A stretch of DNA of 64,000 bases from the NCBI GenBank assembly GCA_016183425.1, contig JACPEP010000008.1:21048-85047 (forward strand), read 5' to 3'. This DNA comes from Chloroflexota bacterium (GTDB lineage Bacteria; Chloroflexota; Dehalococcoidia; JACPEP01). This document shows, in pieces, positions 16,161-25,209 of the stretch. The notes below the pieces were generated by a model, which worked only from the letters and a program-made list of their open reading frames with translations, ran no database searches and was not told the DNA's origin. Numbering within the stretch: position 1 is the stretch's first letter; each line of letters begins with the position of its first letter. A program made the position numbers and the translations under genes.

Positions 16161-16856
16161 TTATTCCAGAGTAGTGGCGTAGTCCACCGCCATCGGCGTC
16201 CCCGCCGGAGCCCGAGGCCACCAGATGTAGTCCGCCTCCGGGTCAAGCCCCAGTTCCTGATAGACCCGCATCAAGTTGTTCTTGATGGTGACCCGGCGCA
16301 GCTCTTGATATGAGGAGCGGCCGCGGCAGTCAATCTCCACGCTCAGGGGCCCGAAATTCTCTACCTCAAACTCCCACACCGAGTCTACCATACCGAATTC
16401 GGGCCAGTAGTTGTTGACCACCTTTGTAATCTGGCTGCCGTAGAGGGCGGCACAGCCCCCCACTGCCTGGAGAAAGGCGGCGCCGTGCTCCACCAGGCCA
16501 TTGATGGCCTCTTGCGTCAGCGTCCCTTTGCCTATGATGAGGCGAGGCCCCATGGCCCGTAGCAAAGGGGCGACAAAGGGGGAAAAACGGGAGCTGGAGG
16601 TAGCTCCCACGGACACCGGTCGCCATTGCCCCGCGCCAATCTCCTCTATCACCGGGCCGCAGTGGAGCACGGCCAGGTCCTTGAGGCTGAAGGGCACCTC
16701 CCCCAGCTTGTCCTCCTCCAGGTAACGGGCGATGCGCTGGTGCGACCAGTCCCGAATGGTGAATATCCTTCCCGATAGGTAGACGATGTCTCCCAGGTGG
16801 AGTCTATCCACCTGGTCTCTGGAAATGGGTGTCCGGAGGCGATATTCCTCAGTCAT
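16161..16856 (-). CDS. Class I fumarase / tartrate dehydratase beta subunit-like
   Basis: GDIVYLSG.IFTIRD, HCGPV, GATSSSR, IIGKG, VENFGP. Confidence 0.88.
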   Translation of the reverse strand: MTEEYRLRTPISRDQVDRLHLGDIVYLSGRIFTIRDWSHQRIARYLEEDKLGEVPFSLKDLAVLHCGPVIEEIGAGQWRPVSVGATSSSRFSPFVAPLLRAMGPRLIIGKGTLTQEAINGLVEHGAAFLQAVGGCAALYGSQITKVVNNYWPEFGMVDSVWEFEVENFGPLSVEIDCRGRSSYQELRRVTIKNNLMRVYQELGLDPEADYIWWPRAPAGTPMAVDYATTLE

Positions 16857-17766
16857 GGGTCATCTCTCCTAATTGGGGATGGGTGATGTACTCCACGCGG
16901 CCGTCGCCGTGGATGCGGGCTTTGGAGTAGCGCGCCGCCCAGCAGTAAAGGGCCACGGCGATGGGGAAGACGGCGGAGTGGGTTCCTGCCACCTCCATAT
17001 GAAGGCCCAGGCAGGTGGTGTCTCCTCCTACTCCCAAAGGCCCGATGCCCAGCTTGTTTACAGCTTGAAAGAGCTTCTTCTCCAGGGCCGCCACCTGGGG
17101 GTCGGGGTGGCGGGAGTTCAGAGGAGAGCGAAAGATGGCCCGTCGCGCCAGCGCCTCGGTATAGTCCACCCCGAATCCCCCCACCGCCACGCCGACGATG
17201 TTGGGGGTGCAGCTCTCGCCCCCCACCATGGCCACGGCGTCGACGACCGTCTTGAGGATGGTTTCCTCTCTGGGGGCACCGGGTATGGGCACCACGCAAG
17301 ACCACTTCAGCTCCGCCCCACCCCCCTTGGGGATGGCGGTAATGTCCAGATGGTCAACCCCGTCTTCATAGTCGAAAAAGATAGCGGGCATCCCCCATCC
17401 CACATTGGTGCCCGGGTTCTCGCCGGTGAGGGGATGGGTCACCTGCTGTCTCAAGGGCGTTTTTTGAGTGGCCCGTACCGTGGCCCGATGGATGGCTTCT
17501 CTGAGATTGCCCTGGATGGGCAACTGGGAGCCTAAAGTTATGTAGTACACCGGCACCCCGGTATCCTGGCAGATGGGCAGGCGGCGCTCTCGGGCGATGC
17601 GCAGGTTCTCCAGGATGGCCTTGAAGTAGGCCCGGGCCTTGGGCTGGGACTCCCGCTCAGAGGCCGCCCCCAGGGCTACCTCTACCTCCGGGGGCAGCTC
17701 AATGGAGGCGTAGCTCAGGAGCCTACAGCAGACCTCTTCCACCAGGCTGGCCGATATGTGGCTAAT
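16849..17766 (-). CDS. Class I fumarase / tartrate dehydratase alpha subunit-like
   Basis: PICQDTG, PKGGGAE, GIGPLGVGG, CWAAR; start either ATT at 17766 (after AAGGAG) or GTG at 17742. Confidence 0.85.
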   Translation of the reverse strand: MSHISASLVEEVCCRLLSYASIELPPEVEVALGAASERESQPKARAYFKAILENLRIARERRLPICQDTGVPVYYITLGSQLPIQGNLREAIHRATVRATQKTPLRQQVTHPLTGENPGTNVGWGMPAIFFDYEDGVDHLDITAIPKGGGAELKWSCVVPIPGAPREETILKTVVDAVAMVGGESCTPNIVGVAVGGFGVDYTEALARRAIFRSPLNSRHPDPQVAALEKKLFQAVNKLGIGPLGVGGDTTCLGLHMEVAGTHSAVFPIAVALYCWAARYSKARIHGDGRVEYITHPQLGEMTHD

Positions 17767-17791
17767 GGTATCTCTCCTTTATCTTTGTCTG

Positions 17792-18231
17792 TTAGCTAAA
17801 AGGAAGAGGAAGCTGTGTCCCCTTCATTTCTTGAACAAATTTTTCTGCCGTTAGACATCTTACTCCCAAAGATTCCGCCTCTCTCGTAGCTGCTTTATCA
17901 TCAGTAACCAAGGTGCCTTTTCGGTGGTAGGCCATAGAAATAGCCTGGGCTTCACCGTCATGAACTCTTCCTTTTTGTAGCAGCCTCAAATAAAGCTGGT
18001 CTTCTTCCCCAACAAATTGTGCCTCGCTGCCTTCCCGCAGCCAACTTGCTAAGCGAGTAATCCTAGAATACCCTCTTTTCTTACCCTTAACCTCTCTGGC
18101 TACACGTGATGGGACGACAAAGTGATTTCCCGGCGGCCCAGGATGTCTTTAATATGTCTTTGGTTTTGAAGGTTGATGAGAGAAGAGGTATCGAATACAT
18201 ATGGGCCGTGGGGATTTGATGCATCCACCAC
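17792..18231 (-). pseudogene. PIN-domain protein (DUF4411/DUF3368-like), frameshifted
   Basis: YVFDTSSLINL..., frameshift in ~18120-18160, then FVVPSRVAREV...HDGEAQAIS...LVTDDKAA. Confidence 0.7.
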
Positions 18232-19365
18232 TTAGCCATTGCTCCTCGATCCACCTGGTGCTTTAATCTCTTTGTCTACCTCTTCTAAGGCTTTCCCCAC
18301 ATCCAGTTCCAGGTATTGGGCCAACTTGCCCAGGGAGATATGCCCTTCTCGATGGGCTTCAAAAGCCAGGGAAACGTACCCTTCTCCGAGGCGTCGCCGC
18401 CATCTAGGTGACTTCGACCCTCGATGGGGTCCTTGCTTTCTTTGCTCCCACTCCAATATTAGAGAGTCAATGATTCCCGCTTTAAGCAGCTCTAATTCTT
18501 TCAGTCTTATTCCTACTGCCTCTAGACTAACTCCGTAGCGATTAGCGAGCGTTCTCAATTGGTTCTCCGTAGGCACTGTGCCTGCAAGCCCCACGCGCTC
18601 ATGGAATTCCCTTTCCAGATCGGTGGCTGGCATCAGGAACACGGCGGCGAATTTGTTGGCTAATAATTCCTCCGATACCTCTACCTTCTTCAGATCGCAT
18701 ACGGTGGACGGATCGGAGCGTAAACGGTGGGCGTATTCGTGGGCTAGTGTAAAGCAACGGCGGCCGGGGTTGTCCTTAGCATTGATAAGGATGCAAGGCC
18801 CATACTCTTGATGCCACCAGGATATCCCTGCCACCTCGTTTCCTGGCACATCGAGTTCAAAGATCCTCACGCCCTGGCTAGTTAGAAGGGTACGCAAATT
18901 CTTAATCGGCCGTTCTCCCTGCTTCAAACGTTGCCTTTCGTGACTGGCCATTTCCTCAGGGCTTAAACCATTAGTCAATCTCTGAACGAGTATTTTTCTT
19001 TGCTTCCCTAAAAGGGCTTCTAATTCACTCTGAGCACGACACAATTCTTCGAAGCGAACAAGGACGTTTCGCACCCCCAAAGGTAGGTCGCTTATCCCTT
19101 TTCTCTGAACCAAACGGAAGTTGAGCTGCTCAGGCGGCGGCCTTTGGCGAAGAAAATAGTCAGTGCTACGCTGGTAAAGTTCAGCAAGCTTCCACAAGTC
19201 CTCCACCGAAGGTTGTGAGTAACCTTTCTCCCAGGCGTATAGGTCTTCAGGGTTTATCCCCAGGTCTTTCGCTGCTTCCTCTAGACCCAGCCCCAAGCTT
19301 TCTCTAGCTTGGCGAAGCTGGCTTGAGAGAATCAGTATTTTATCTACGGCGGCCACAACAATCAC
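18232..19365 (-). CDS. XRE HTH - ImmA/IrrE metallopeptidase fusion
   Basis: N-terminal LRQARE...WEKG..PS HTH; RRCFTLAHEYAH (HExxH); ANKFAAVFLMP; YGVS. Confidence 0.92.
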   Translation of the reverse strand: MIVVAAVDKILILSSQLRQARESLGLGLEEAAKDLGINPEDLYAWEKGYSQPSVEDLWKLAELYQRSTDYFLRQRPPPEQLNFRLVQRKGISDLPLGVRNVLVRFEELCRAQSELEALLGKQRKILVQRLTNGLSPEEMASHERQRLKQGERPIKNLRTLLTSQGVRIFELDVPGNEVAGISWWHQEYGPCILINAKDNPGRRCFTLAHEYAHRLRSDPSTVCDLKKVEVSEELLANKFAAVFLMPATDLEREFHERVGLAGTVPTENQLRTLANRYGVSLEAVGIRLKELELLKAGIIDSLILEWEQRKQGPHRGSKSPRWRRRLGEGYVSLAFEAHREGHISLGKLAQYLELDVGKALEEVDKEIKAPGGSRSNG

Positions 19366-19466
19366 CCACTTCGATTATGTTCCATCCAACAGTTAGATTC
19401 AATCTCTCGGATTTTAAAGCAGATTGACACCCTTTGTCACCAACTTTGGGAAGACCGCTATTTAAT

Positions 19467-20429
19467 TTAGTCTAAATCCAGCAGCCGGGCTGCGTTCCTC
19501 TGGAACATAGTTATCAGGCGCTCTTTGGGCACCCGGAAGGAGAGGAAGGTGCGGATAAAGAGGCGCATTCCCTCCACGGGGTGCGGGTTCTGGAGCTGGC
19601 CCAGGTCGGTGCCCACCACCAGCTTCTGCGGCCCCACCATCTCTATGAGACGCATCACCTCGGAGAAGCGGATGGTGAGGTTCATGATATTGGGCACGCA
19701 CCCCTGGTAGTACAGGCCGATAAGGGCCCCTCTGTCCACCATTTCCTTCTGCTCCTCCACCGTGGCCTTGGTGATGGCCAGTTGAGGATGGTCCACCACT
19801 ATCTTCTCCACCCCCATGGCCCGGGCCTCGTCGATAAGGGCCAGGCGGTCGGGGGTGGAGAGGTGGGCCAGCCCCAACACCTGGCGGTTCTCCGCCACCA
19901 GTTTGAGGACCTCCTTGGCCTCCGGCCTCAAGTGCCCGTCCTCGAAGACGGTGATGCCCGGCCCTGCCTTACCCGTGGCCCGGTGATGATGCTCTGAGTC
20001 CAGGGTGGGCATCCAAACGTACTTGCCACCGAACTTGATAGATGCTTCCACGGCGTAAGGGTTTATCCCTCCCAGGGCGCGGTTGAGAACGACGCCACCG
20101 ATGACTTTTAACGGGGTATAGCGGGCATTGTTTTGAGCCTCTCGCCACTCGTCCACCGCCCGTTGCACCAGGATGCTCCGCGCCGACGATGCTGAGTGGT
20201 GGCACTTGAAGACCAATGCCCTCATCCCTGCCTGAGAAGCCGCCCGGGCTACTTCGATCTCGTCCCATACCCGCTCGATGGTGCAGGGCATGGCGTGAAC
20301 GTGGATGTCCACCGCTCCTCGCATTATCTCGTCCTCTATCTCCTTTGAGTAGCCACAGCGGCTCCCCAGGAGTCCGTAGATATAAGCCGATTCTTGGTCT
20401 TGGGTTTCGGTCTCTTGGGCCAGGGTCAA
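19467..20429 (-). CDS. Amidohydrolase-fold protein (DUF6282-like)
   Basis: DIHVH, VFKCH, GGVVLN, VWMPT, VVDHP, GTDLGQ; TTG start overlaps the upstream TGA. Confidence 0.8.
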   Translation of the reverse strand: MTLAQETETQDQESAYIYGLLGSRCGYSKEIEDEIMRGAVDIHVHAMPCTIERVWDEIEVARAASQAGMRALVFKCHHSASSARSILVQRAVDEWREAQNNARYTPLKVIGGVVLNRALGGINPYAVEASIKFGGKYVWMPTLDSEHHHRATGKAGPGITVFEDGHLRPEAKEVLKLVAENRQVLGLAHLSTPDRLALIDEARAMGVEKIVVDHPQLAITKATVEEQKEMVDRGALIGLYYQGCVPNIMNLTIRFSEVMRLIEMVGPQKLVVGTDLGQLQNPHPVEGMRLFIRTFLSFRVPKERLITMFQRNAARLLDLD

Positions 20430-21277
20430 CTCACACCTCCTATTGGCGATGGCGCGGCAGCGTCGGCGTAGACCAGGGCTTTGGGCTTGCAGCCCCGGAC
20501 GCACAGGGGGTTTCCACCGCACAAGTCACACTTGGCGGCAAAGCCCCGCTCCATGTTGAGGAAGATGGTCTCCACCGGGCACGCTCCCAGGCATAGCCCG
20601 CAACCGATACACAGGTCACGCTGAATGTAGACGATGCCTTTCTCTTTGTATATGGCTCCCGTGGGGCAGGGGGCGATGCAAGGAGCGGGGGCGCACTGGG
20701 GGCAGGCTCCGGCCAGGGAGATTTTGTCTCCTTGAGGCCGGATGCATGCCTGGTGGAGCGGCAAGCTCTTTCCCTGAATTGTCTCCAGGTGGTCGAACTT
20801 GTTCACCGGGCACACCCGAAGACAGATGCCGCAGTTGTTGCACAGCTCTTCTCTGAAGATGAGCCCGCGAGTTTGATTCCGGTCCACCACTGCCTCTCGG
20901 TGAAGAAAAGGAGAAGGCTGAAAAATGGTCCCCCGGCGCAAAATAAAAGAGCCGGCGGTATCCTGGTATCTTTTGAGGCCGAAGTCCACCACCAGGTCCC
21001 GAATGACGGGGTGGTTGGGCAGGGGCTCCAGTACCATGCCGTCCTCCAGCTTGGTGCAGCAGGCGCGACGGACACGACCGTTTATAGCCATGAGGCAGGA
21101 GCAGCACTGGCCTCGGTTGCACTGATAACGGCGGAAGGCGGGCGGGTGCTCCACATCCCGGGCCATATAGAAAAGGGCCTGGAGCACCGTTATCTCGGAG
21201 CCGAAGGGAAGCTCATAGGTAGCGTAAGTGGCTTCCTCCCCGGGGAGGTATCGGAATACCTGAATCCGACTGGTCAT
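20426..21277 (-). CDS. Fe-S protein: SdhB-like [2Fe-2S] N-terminus fused to polyferredoxin
   Basis: CNRGQCCSC...RACC, VIRDLVVD; CNNCGICLRVCP; CPQCAPAPCIAPCP; CIGCGLCLGACP; KCDLC. Confidence 0.85.
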   Translation of the reverse strand: MTSRIQVFRYLPGEEATYATYELPFGSEITVLQALFYMARDVEHPPAFRRYQCNRGQCCSCLMAINGRVRRACCTKLEDGMVLEPLPNHPVIRDLVVDFGLKRYQDTAGSFILRRGTIFQPSPFLHREAVVDRNQTRGLIFREELCNNCGICLRVCPVNKFDHLETIQGKSLPLHQACIRPQGDKISLAGACPQCAPAPCIAPCPTGAIYKEKGIVYIQRDLCIGCGLCLGACPVETIFLNMERGFAAKCDLCGGNPLCVRGCKPKALVYADAAAPSPIGGVS

Positions 21278-23004
21278 TCCTTTACGGTAACCCTTTCCTC
21301 ATCAGGCCGCGGCGCCCGAAAGGAGACCTGCACCTTTCCTCCCTGGTTGGTAACCACGGAGTTTTGGGTCAGCTCATCCTTCAGATCAAGGAAATCGCGA
21401 CGATAGTGGCCCCCGCGGCTTTCTTCCCGGTTCAGAGCACAGGCGAACATCATCTCCGCCACCAGAAGCATGTTCCGCAGTTCCAGGGCCTCTATCCACT
21501 GATAGTTGTATCTCCGCTCTTTGTCAGTGACGGCAGGATGGCTCTTTCCCAACCCGACCACCGTCTTTTTTCCATCACTCATTCCCGCCCCGTCTCTAAT
21601 GGGGCCCAGACAGCGAAACATGGTTTCCTCCAGTTGTCCTCTGAGCCGAGCCGGAGAGTTACCGTCATTCCTGGCCTGGATAAGGGCCAAGGCGGCCTGG
21701 AAATGGGCGTGGGCGGCCTTTGTCAGCTCGGGGGTTGGAGAGACCCTGGCAGACGTCAGGCTGTGGCGGGCCGCCTCTCTACCGGCGATGTGGCCGAAGA
21801 CGAAGACCTCGGGCATGGAGTTGGCGTCCAGACGGTTGGCACCGTGACACCCCCCGGCCACCTCACCGGCGGCGTAGAGGCCGGGGAGTGTGGTCTGGGC
21901 TCGCTCATTTATGAGCACCCCGCCACAAGGAAAATGGGCGGCGGGAGCGATCTCGAACATGCCCTCATGGATATCGACCCCGAAGAGGGAGAGGTAACGC
22001 CCCACCTGCCCCCCTTGTCGGCGCAGTATCTCGGCGGGAGCCAGGCCATCCAATGGGGACAGACTGGTGCAATCCAGGTATACCCCGCCGTGCTCGCTTC
22101 CTCGTCCGGCCAGGATCTCCAGGTACATGGCCTTTGTCTTTACGTCCCGGGTGGTCATCTCCTGACGCTCCGGGTCGTACTTCTCCAGGAAGGTCTCCCC
22201 TTGGCCGTTGCGATAGCGGGCCCCGATGGCCATAAGAGTAGTATCCGCCGGCACCAAGACACAGCGGGCTGCCTCGGGGTAGAGGATGGTGTAGGGGTTG
22301 AACTGCATGAACTCCATGTCGATGAGTTGGGCTCCCGCCCGAAAGGCCATGGCCTGACCATCCCCGGTCTCCCGGGAGGAGGTGGTGCGGAAGGAGTAGA
22401 GGGCCTCGTTGCCGCCGCTGGCCAGGACCACGCCGCGGCCCAAAAGGAGAAGGGACTCCCCGTCTCGGATGTCTATGGCGCTGGCCCCCACCACCCTTCC
22501 CCCCTCCACTAGCAGATCCAAAACGAAGATGTCTTCTAGGATCCTCACCCCCCGACGGGCCATTTCTGAGGTCAGGGCGTTGAGAAGGATGCGTCCCATA
22601 TTGTCATCCAGCCAGCAGCCGCGGCGATAGGTATGGCCGGGGAGGGGGAGCTGCTCTATCTCGCCTTTCTCCGTCCGATCGAAGCGAACCCCCAGCTCTT
22701 CCAGGAATCTCACCTGTTCTGGCGCTCCATAGGCCAGGGTTCTGGCTACCGAAGCGTGGTTCAAATGGTAGCCGCCTTTCATAGTGTCCTTGAAATGCTG
22801 CTCCGGAGAGTCCTGAGAGTCTCTGGTGCCCAGGGACGCCGCCAGGCCGGGCATAGTCATGGGGGTCAGGCCGCTGCGTCCCACTGGCCCTTTGGCCACC
22901 AGGATTACCTTGGCGCCCTCGGTGGCCGCCGAAATCGCTGCCCGGCAGCCAGCGCCACCAGCCCCAATAACCAGTACATCCCCTGAGATGACCCTGGTGG
23001 TCAT
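21274..23004 (-). CDS. SdhA/FrdA/NadB-family flavoprotein
   Basis: GAGGAG, LASGG, TGDG, DMEFMQF, LYAAGE, HGANRL, ESRGGHYRRDF. Confidence 0.9.
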   Translation of the reverse strand: MTTRVISGDVLVIGAGGAGCRAAISAATEGAKVILVAKGPVGRSGLTPMTMPGLAASLGTRDSQDSPEQHFKDTMKGGYHLNHASVARTLAYGAPEQVRFLEELGVRFDRTEKGEIEQLPLPGHTYRRGCWLDDNMGRILLNALTSEMARRGVRILEDIFVLDLLVEGGRVVGASAIDIRDGESLLLLGRGVVLASGGNEALYSFRTTSSRETGDGQAMAFRAGAQLIDMEFMQFNPYTILYPEAARCVLVPADTTLMAIGARYRNGQGETFLEKYDPERQEMTTRDVKTKAMYLEILAGRGSEHGGVYLDCTSLSPLDGLAPAEILRRQGGQVGRYLSLFGVDIHEGMFEIAPAAHFPCGGVLINERAQTTLPGLYAAGEVAGGCHGANRLDANSMPEVFVFGHIAGREAARHSLTSARVSPTPELTKAAHAHFQAALALIQARNDGNSPARLRGQLEETMFRCLGPIRDGAGMSDGKKTVVGLGKSHPAVTDKERRYNYQWIEALELRNMLLVAEMMFACALNREESRGGHYRRDFLDLKDELTQNSVVTNQGGKVQVSFRAPRPDEERVTVKE

Positions 23005-23006
23005 GT

Positions 23007-23711
23007 CTACGTCGGCTCTGGACGGCCCCCCTTGAGGCGCCGTACAAAATAGTCCCAGTATTGGTCGATGAGAAACTGGTTGTATTTGGAGGGGAACATC
23101 TTCACCGCTAAGTCGTCGGGAATGGGCTCCGGTCGGCCAAAAAGGGAAGCGATGGCTTGCATCTTTACCGCTCGCTCCAGGGTGATGGCGGTGAGCACTG
23201 CCCAGGGCACGCTCCGCTCCGCCACCACGATGCCGTGATTGCGGAGAAAGATAGCTCTCCTTGTTCCCAGGGCTTGGGCGATGGAGCGTCCCTGCTCCGG
23301 AGTGGTGATGAGCTCCGGGGTATCCTCGAAGAAAGCAGCGTCGTCCACAAAGAGCACGCCGTCATGACTAATAACGTGAAGGACCCGGCTCACCGAGCTG
23401 AAGGCGGTGCAGAAGAGGGGATGAGTATGGATTACGCAGCCCACTTCGGGACGCATTTTGTAGATCTCGGTGTGGATGGGCATCTCGGAGTGGATACCCC
23501 ACTTTCCCTCCACCTGATGACCATCCATATGCATAGTTACTATATCTTCTATCTCTATCTCAGCCAGGGCCAGCCCCCGGGGCTTCGTGTATAGCAACTC
23601 GGTGCCTGGAATACGGGCGCTCATGTGGCCCAGGGTGAGGTCTTCCTGGCCTTCCGCGGCCAGAATGCGACAGCCTAGGGCGAGGGTTTCTTTAAGGTCA
23701 AACTTGGACAT
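23007..23711 (-). CDS. Class II aldolase/adducin family protein
   Basis: GHMSAR, HSEMPIHTEIY, HTHP, LRNHG. Confidence 0.9.
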   Translation of the reverse strand: MSKFDLKETLALGCRILAAEGQEDLTLGHMSARIPGTELLYTKPRGLALAEIEIEDIVTMHMDGHQVEGKWGIHSEMPIHTEIYKMRPEVGCVIHTHPLFCTAFSSVSRVLHVISHDGVLFVDDAAFFEDTPELITTPEQGRSIAQALGTRRAIFLRNHGIVVAERSVPWAVLTAITLERAVKMQAIASLFGRPEPIPDDLAVKMFPSKYNQFLIDQYWDYFVRRLKGGRPEPT

Positions 23712-23720
23712 ACCTTCCGT

Positions 23721-23750
23721 ATTCTAACGCTTTGTCCTTCTCTATGTCAA
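23721..23750 (-). promoter_or_regulatory. Sigma70-type promoter of the catabolic operon
   Basis: TTGACA-18 nt-TAGAAT, 9 nt before the ATG at 23711. Confidence 0.7.
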
Positions 23751-23770
23751 CGGAAATGTACCGAGGATGA

Positions 23771-23852
23771 TTAATAACGGGGGTTTCAAGGGGCCCCTTG
23801 ACGGTCCGCCGTAGGCGGATGGGGACGTCCCCTCACTCGCCTTTGGCGGGGA
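23771..23852. repeat. Degenerate REP-like repeat
   Basis: TTAATAACGGGGGTTTCAAGGGG matches the end of the 1621/6727 unit; TCCGCCGTAGGCGGA and CGCCTTTGGCG hairpins. Confidence 0.55.
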
Positions 23853-23968
23853 CTAATTTCTAGACAGGGCGGGTGAAAGACAACACCCTCTGTATGAGAA
23901 ACCACGTTGCCCGAGAAATTATTTCAGGACAAACAGCGCAGCGCCTGGCCTGGGCACCCCAAAGGTGT

Positions 23969-24304
23969 TCAGGAGGTGATCAATTCCTTGAGAAGAGTGC
24001 GGTGGCAGTGAGACTCGTCACGGCAGCCACAGAGGAGGGTTACCGTCTCTCCCTCGGCCCTCCTGGCTACGGCGGCTATTAACTCTGTCTTGCCCTTCAT
24101 CTCCTCCCGGTAGCGGGGAGCATACTGTTCCCAGTTTATGCGTTGCCGCCGCCAATCCTCCAACAGAGCAAGACTGGGGCCCAGTTCTTTTTCCCACTCG
24201 TCCACCGCCGCCCTGGGTATACCTCGGGGCCATCGGCGCATGATCAGCAGCCGAAAGCCGTCCTGGGGCTCCCGAGGCTGATAGATAGACTTGGTCTTCA
24301 CCAT
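23969..24304 (-). CDS. DUF488 (YeaO-like) protein
   Basis: DGFRLLIMRRWPRG, LGPS, TLLC...CHR. Confidence 0.85.
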   Translation of the reverse strand: MVKTKSIYQPREPQDGFRLLIMRRWPRGIPRAAVDEWEKELGPSLALLEDWRRQRINWEQYAPRYREEMKGKTELIAAVARRAEGETVTLLCGCRDESHCHRTLLKELITS

Positions 24305-24388
24305 AGTGATATCCCTTTGACGGTCAGTGGTGCTATGGTAGTGAGACAGGCAGGGGAATATTCCCCTTTCCCACCGGCGACGGGTCCT

Positions 24389-24886
24389 TTATAGGGCCTG
24401 CATCTGCTGCCCCATCCGGGCCAAAACGCTGGCGTCCAGAGCTTCCTCAGCGATGGAGAAGAGGATGTAATCCTCCTTGTGGATATGTTCCCGCAACAGG
24501 CCAGTCATGTACGTGGATAGTTTCTGGACCTGGTTCACCGACTCGTTGGTGCCGTCGTCCAAGTCTGCCACCCAGATCTGGAACTCCCAGTTCTTGTTCC
24601 TCAGGTCCTGGTGCTCCTGCCGCATAACTGCGGTGGGCCCCCCCTCGGCCCCGATGACCGCTTCCAGGGATGGGAAGAGGACGTCCTCCTCTTTCCGGAG
24701 ATGAGCCTCCAGCTCGTTGACAAAGAAGGCGGCCGTACCTTTGAGACTTACGATGGCTTCTTCAAAGTGAGAGCCGCCCCCTCTGGCCAATTGCCGACAT
24801 GCCTTCTCCATTCTGTCCAGGTGTTCCAGTACCACAACGTGGTCTTGGCGCAGGGCTACCAATGGGTTGGTGTTAGTTGCTGACAC
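24389..24886 (-). CDS. Hemerythrin HHE-domain protein
   Basis: LRQDH, HLRKEEDVLFP, GGPTAVMRQEH, HIHKEDYILF. Confidence 0.88.
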   Translation of the reverse strand: MSATNTNPLVALRQDHVVVLEHLDRMEKACRQLARGGGSHFEEAIVSLKGTAAFFVNELEAHLRKEEDVLFPSLEAVIGAEGGPTAVMRQEHQDLRNKNWEFQIWVADLDDGTNESVNQVQKLSTYMTGLLREHIHKEDYILFSIAEEALDASVLARMGQQMQAL

Positions 24887-24906
24887 TGTACCTCCTCGTC
24901 TAGAAT

Positions 24907-25140
24907 CTATAATTTCTTGATATAAGCCACCCACTCCTGAGGGCCTTTTTCTTGGGACTCCCAGCTAAACCGACTTGCACGCTCGTGCATAAACTGGTAG
25001 TGCAAGGGCCGCGGGTCATGGTCGTTTACAACGATGAGAGTGTCCCCCGGAATCAGAGCATCAAAGGCATCAAATATTTTAGGATGCCTCTCCCAGGGGG
25101 GCGTCTCACGTACATCCAGAGTAACCGTTTTCTTACTCAT
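24907..25140 (-). CDS. DUF2249 domain protein
   Basis: LDVR..PPWERHPKIF, VNDHDPRPL, GPQEW. Confidence 0.88.
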   Translation of the reverse strand: MSKKTVTLDVRETPPWERHPKIFDAFDALIPGDTLIVVNDHDPRPLHYQFMHERASRFSWESQEKGPQEWVAYIKKL

Positions 25141-25209
25141 GGCTTACCTTCCTTTTTGCTCCATCCGGCTAAGAAAAGCACTTCCCACTTTACGGCACCA
25201 TTTTCCCCA

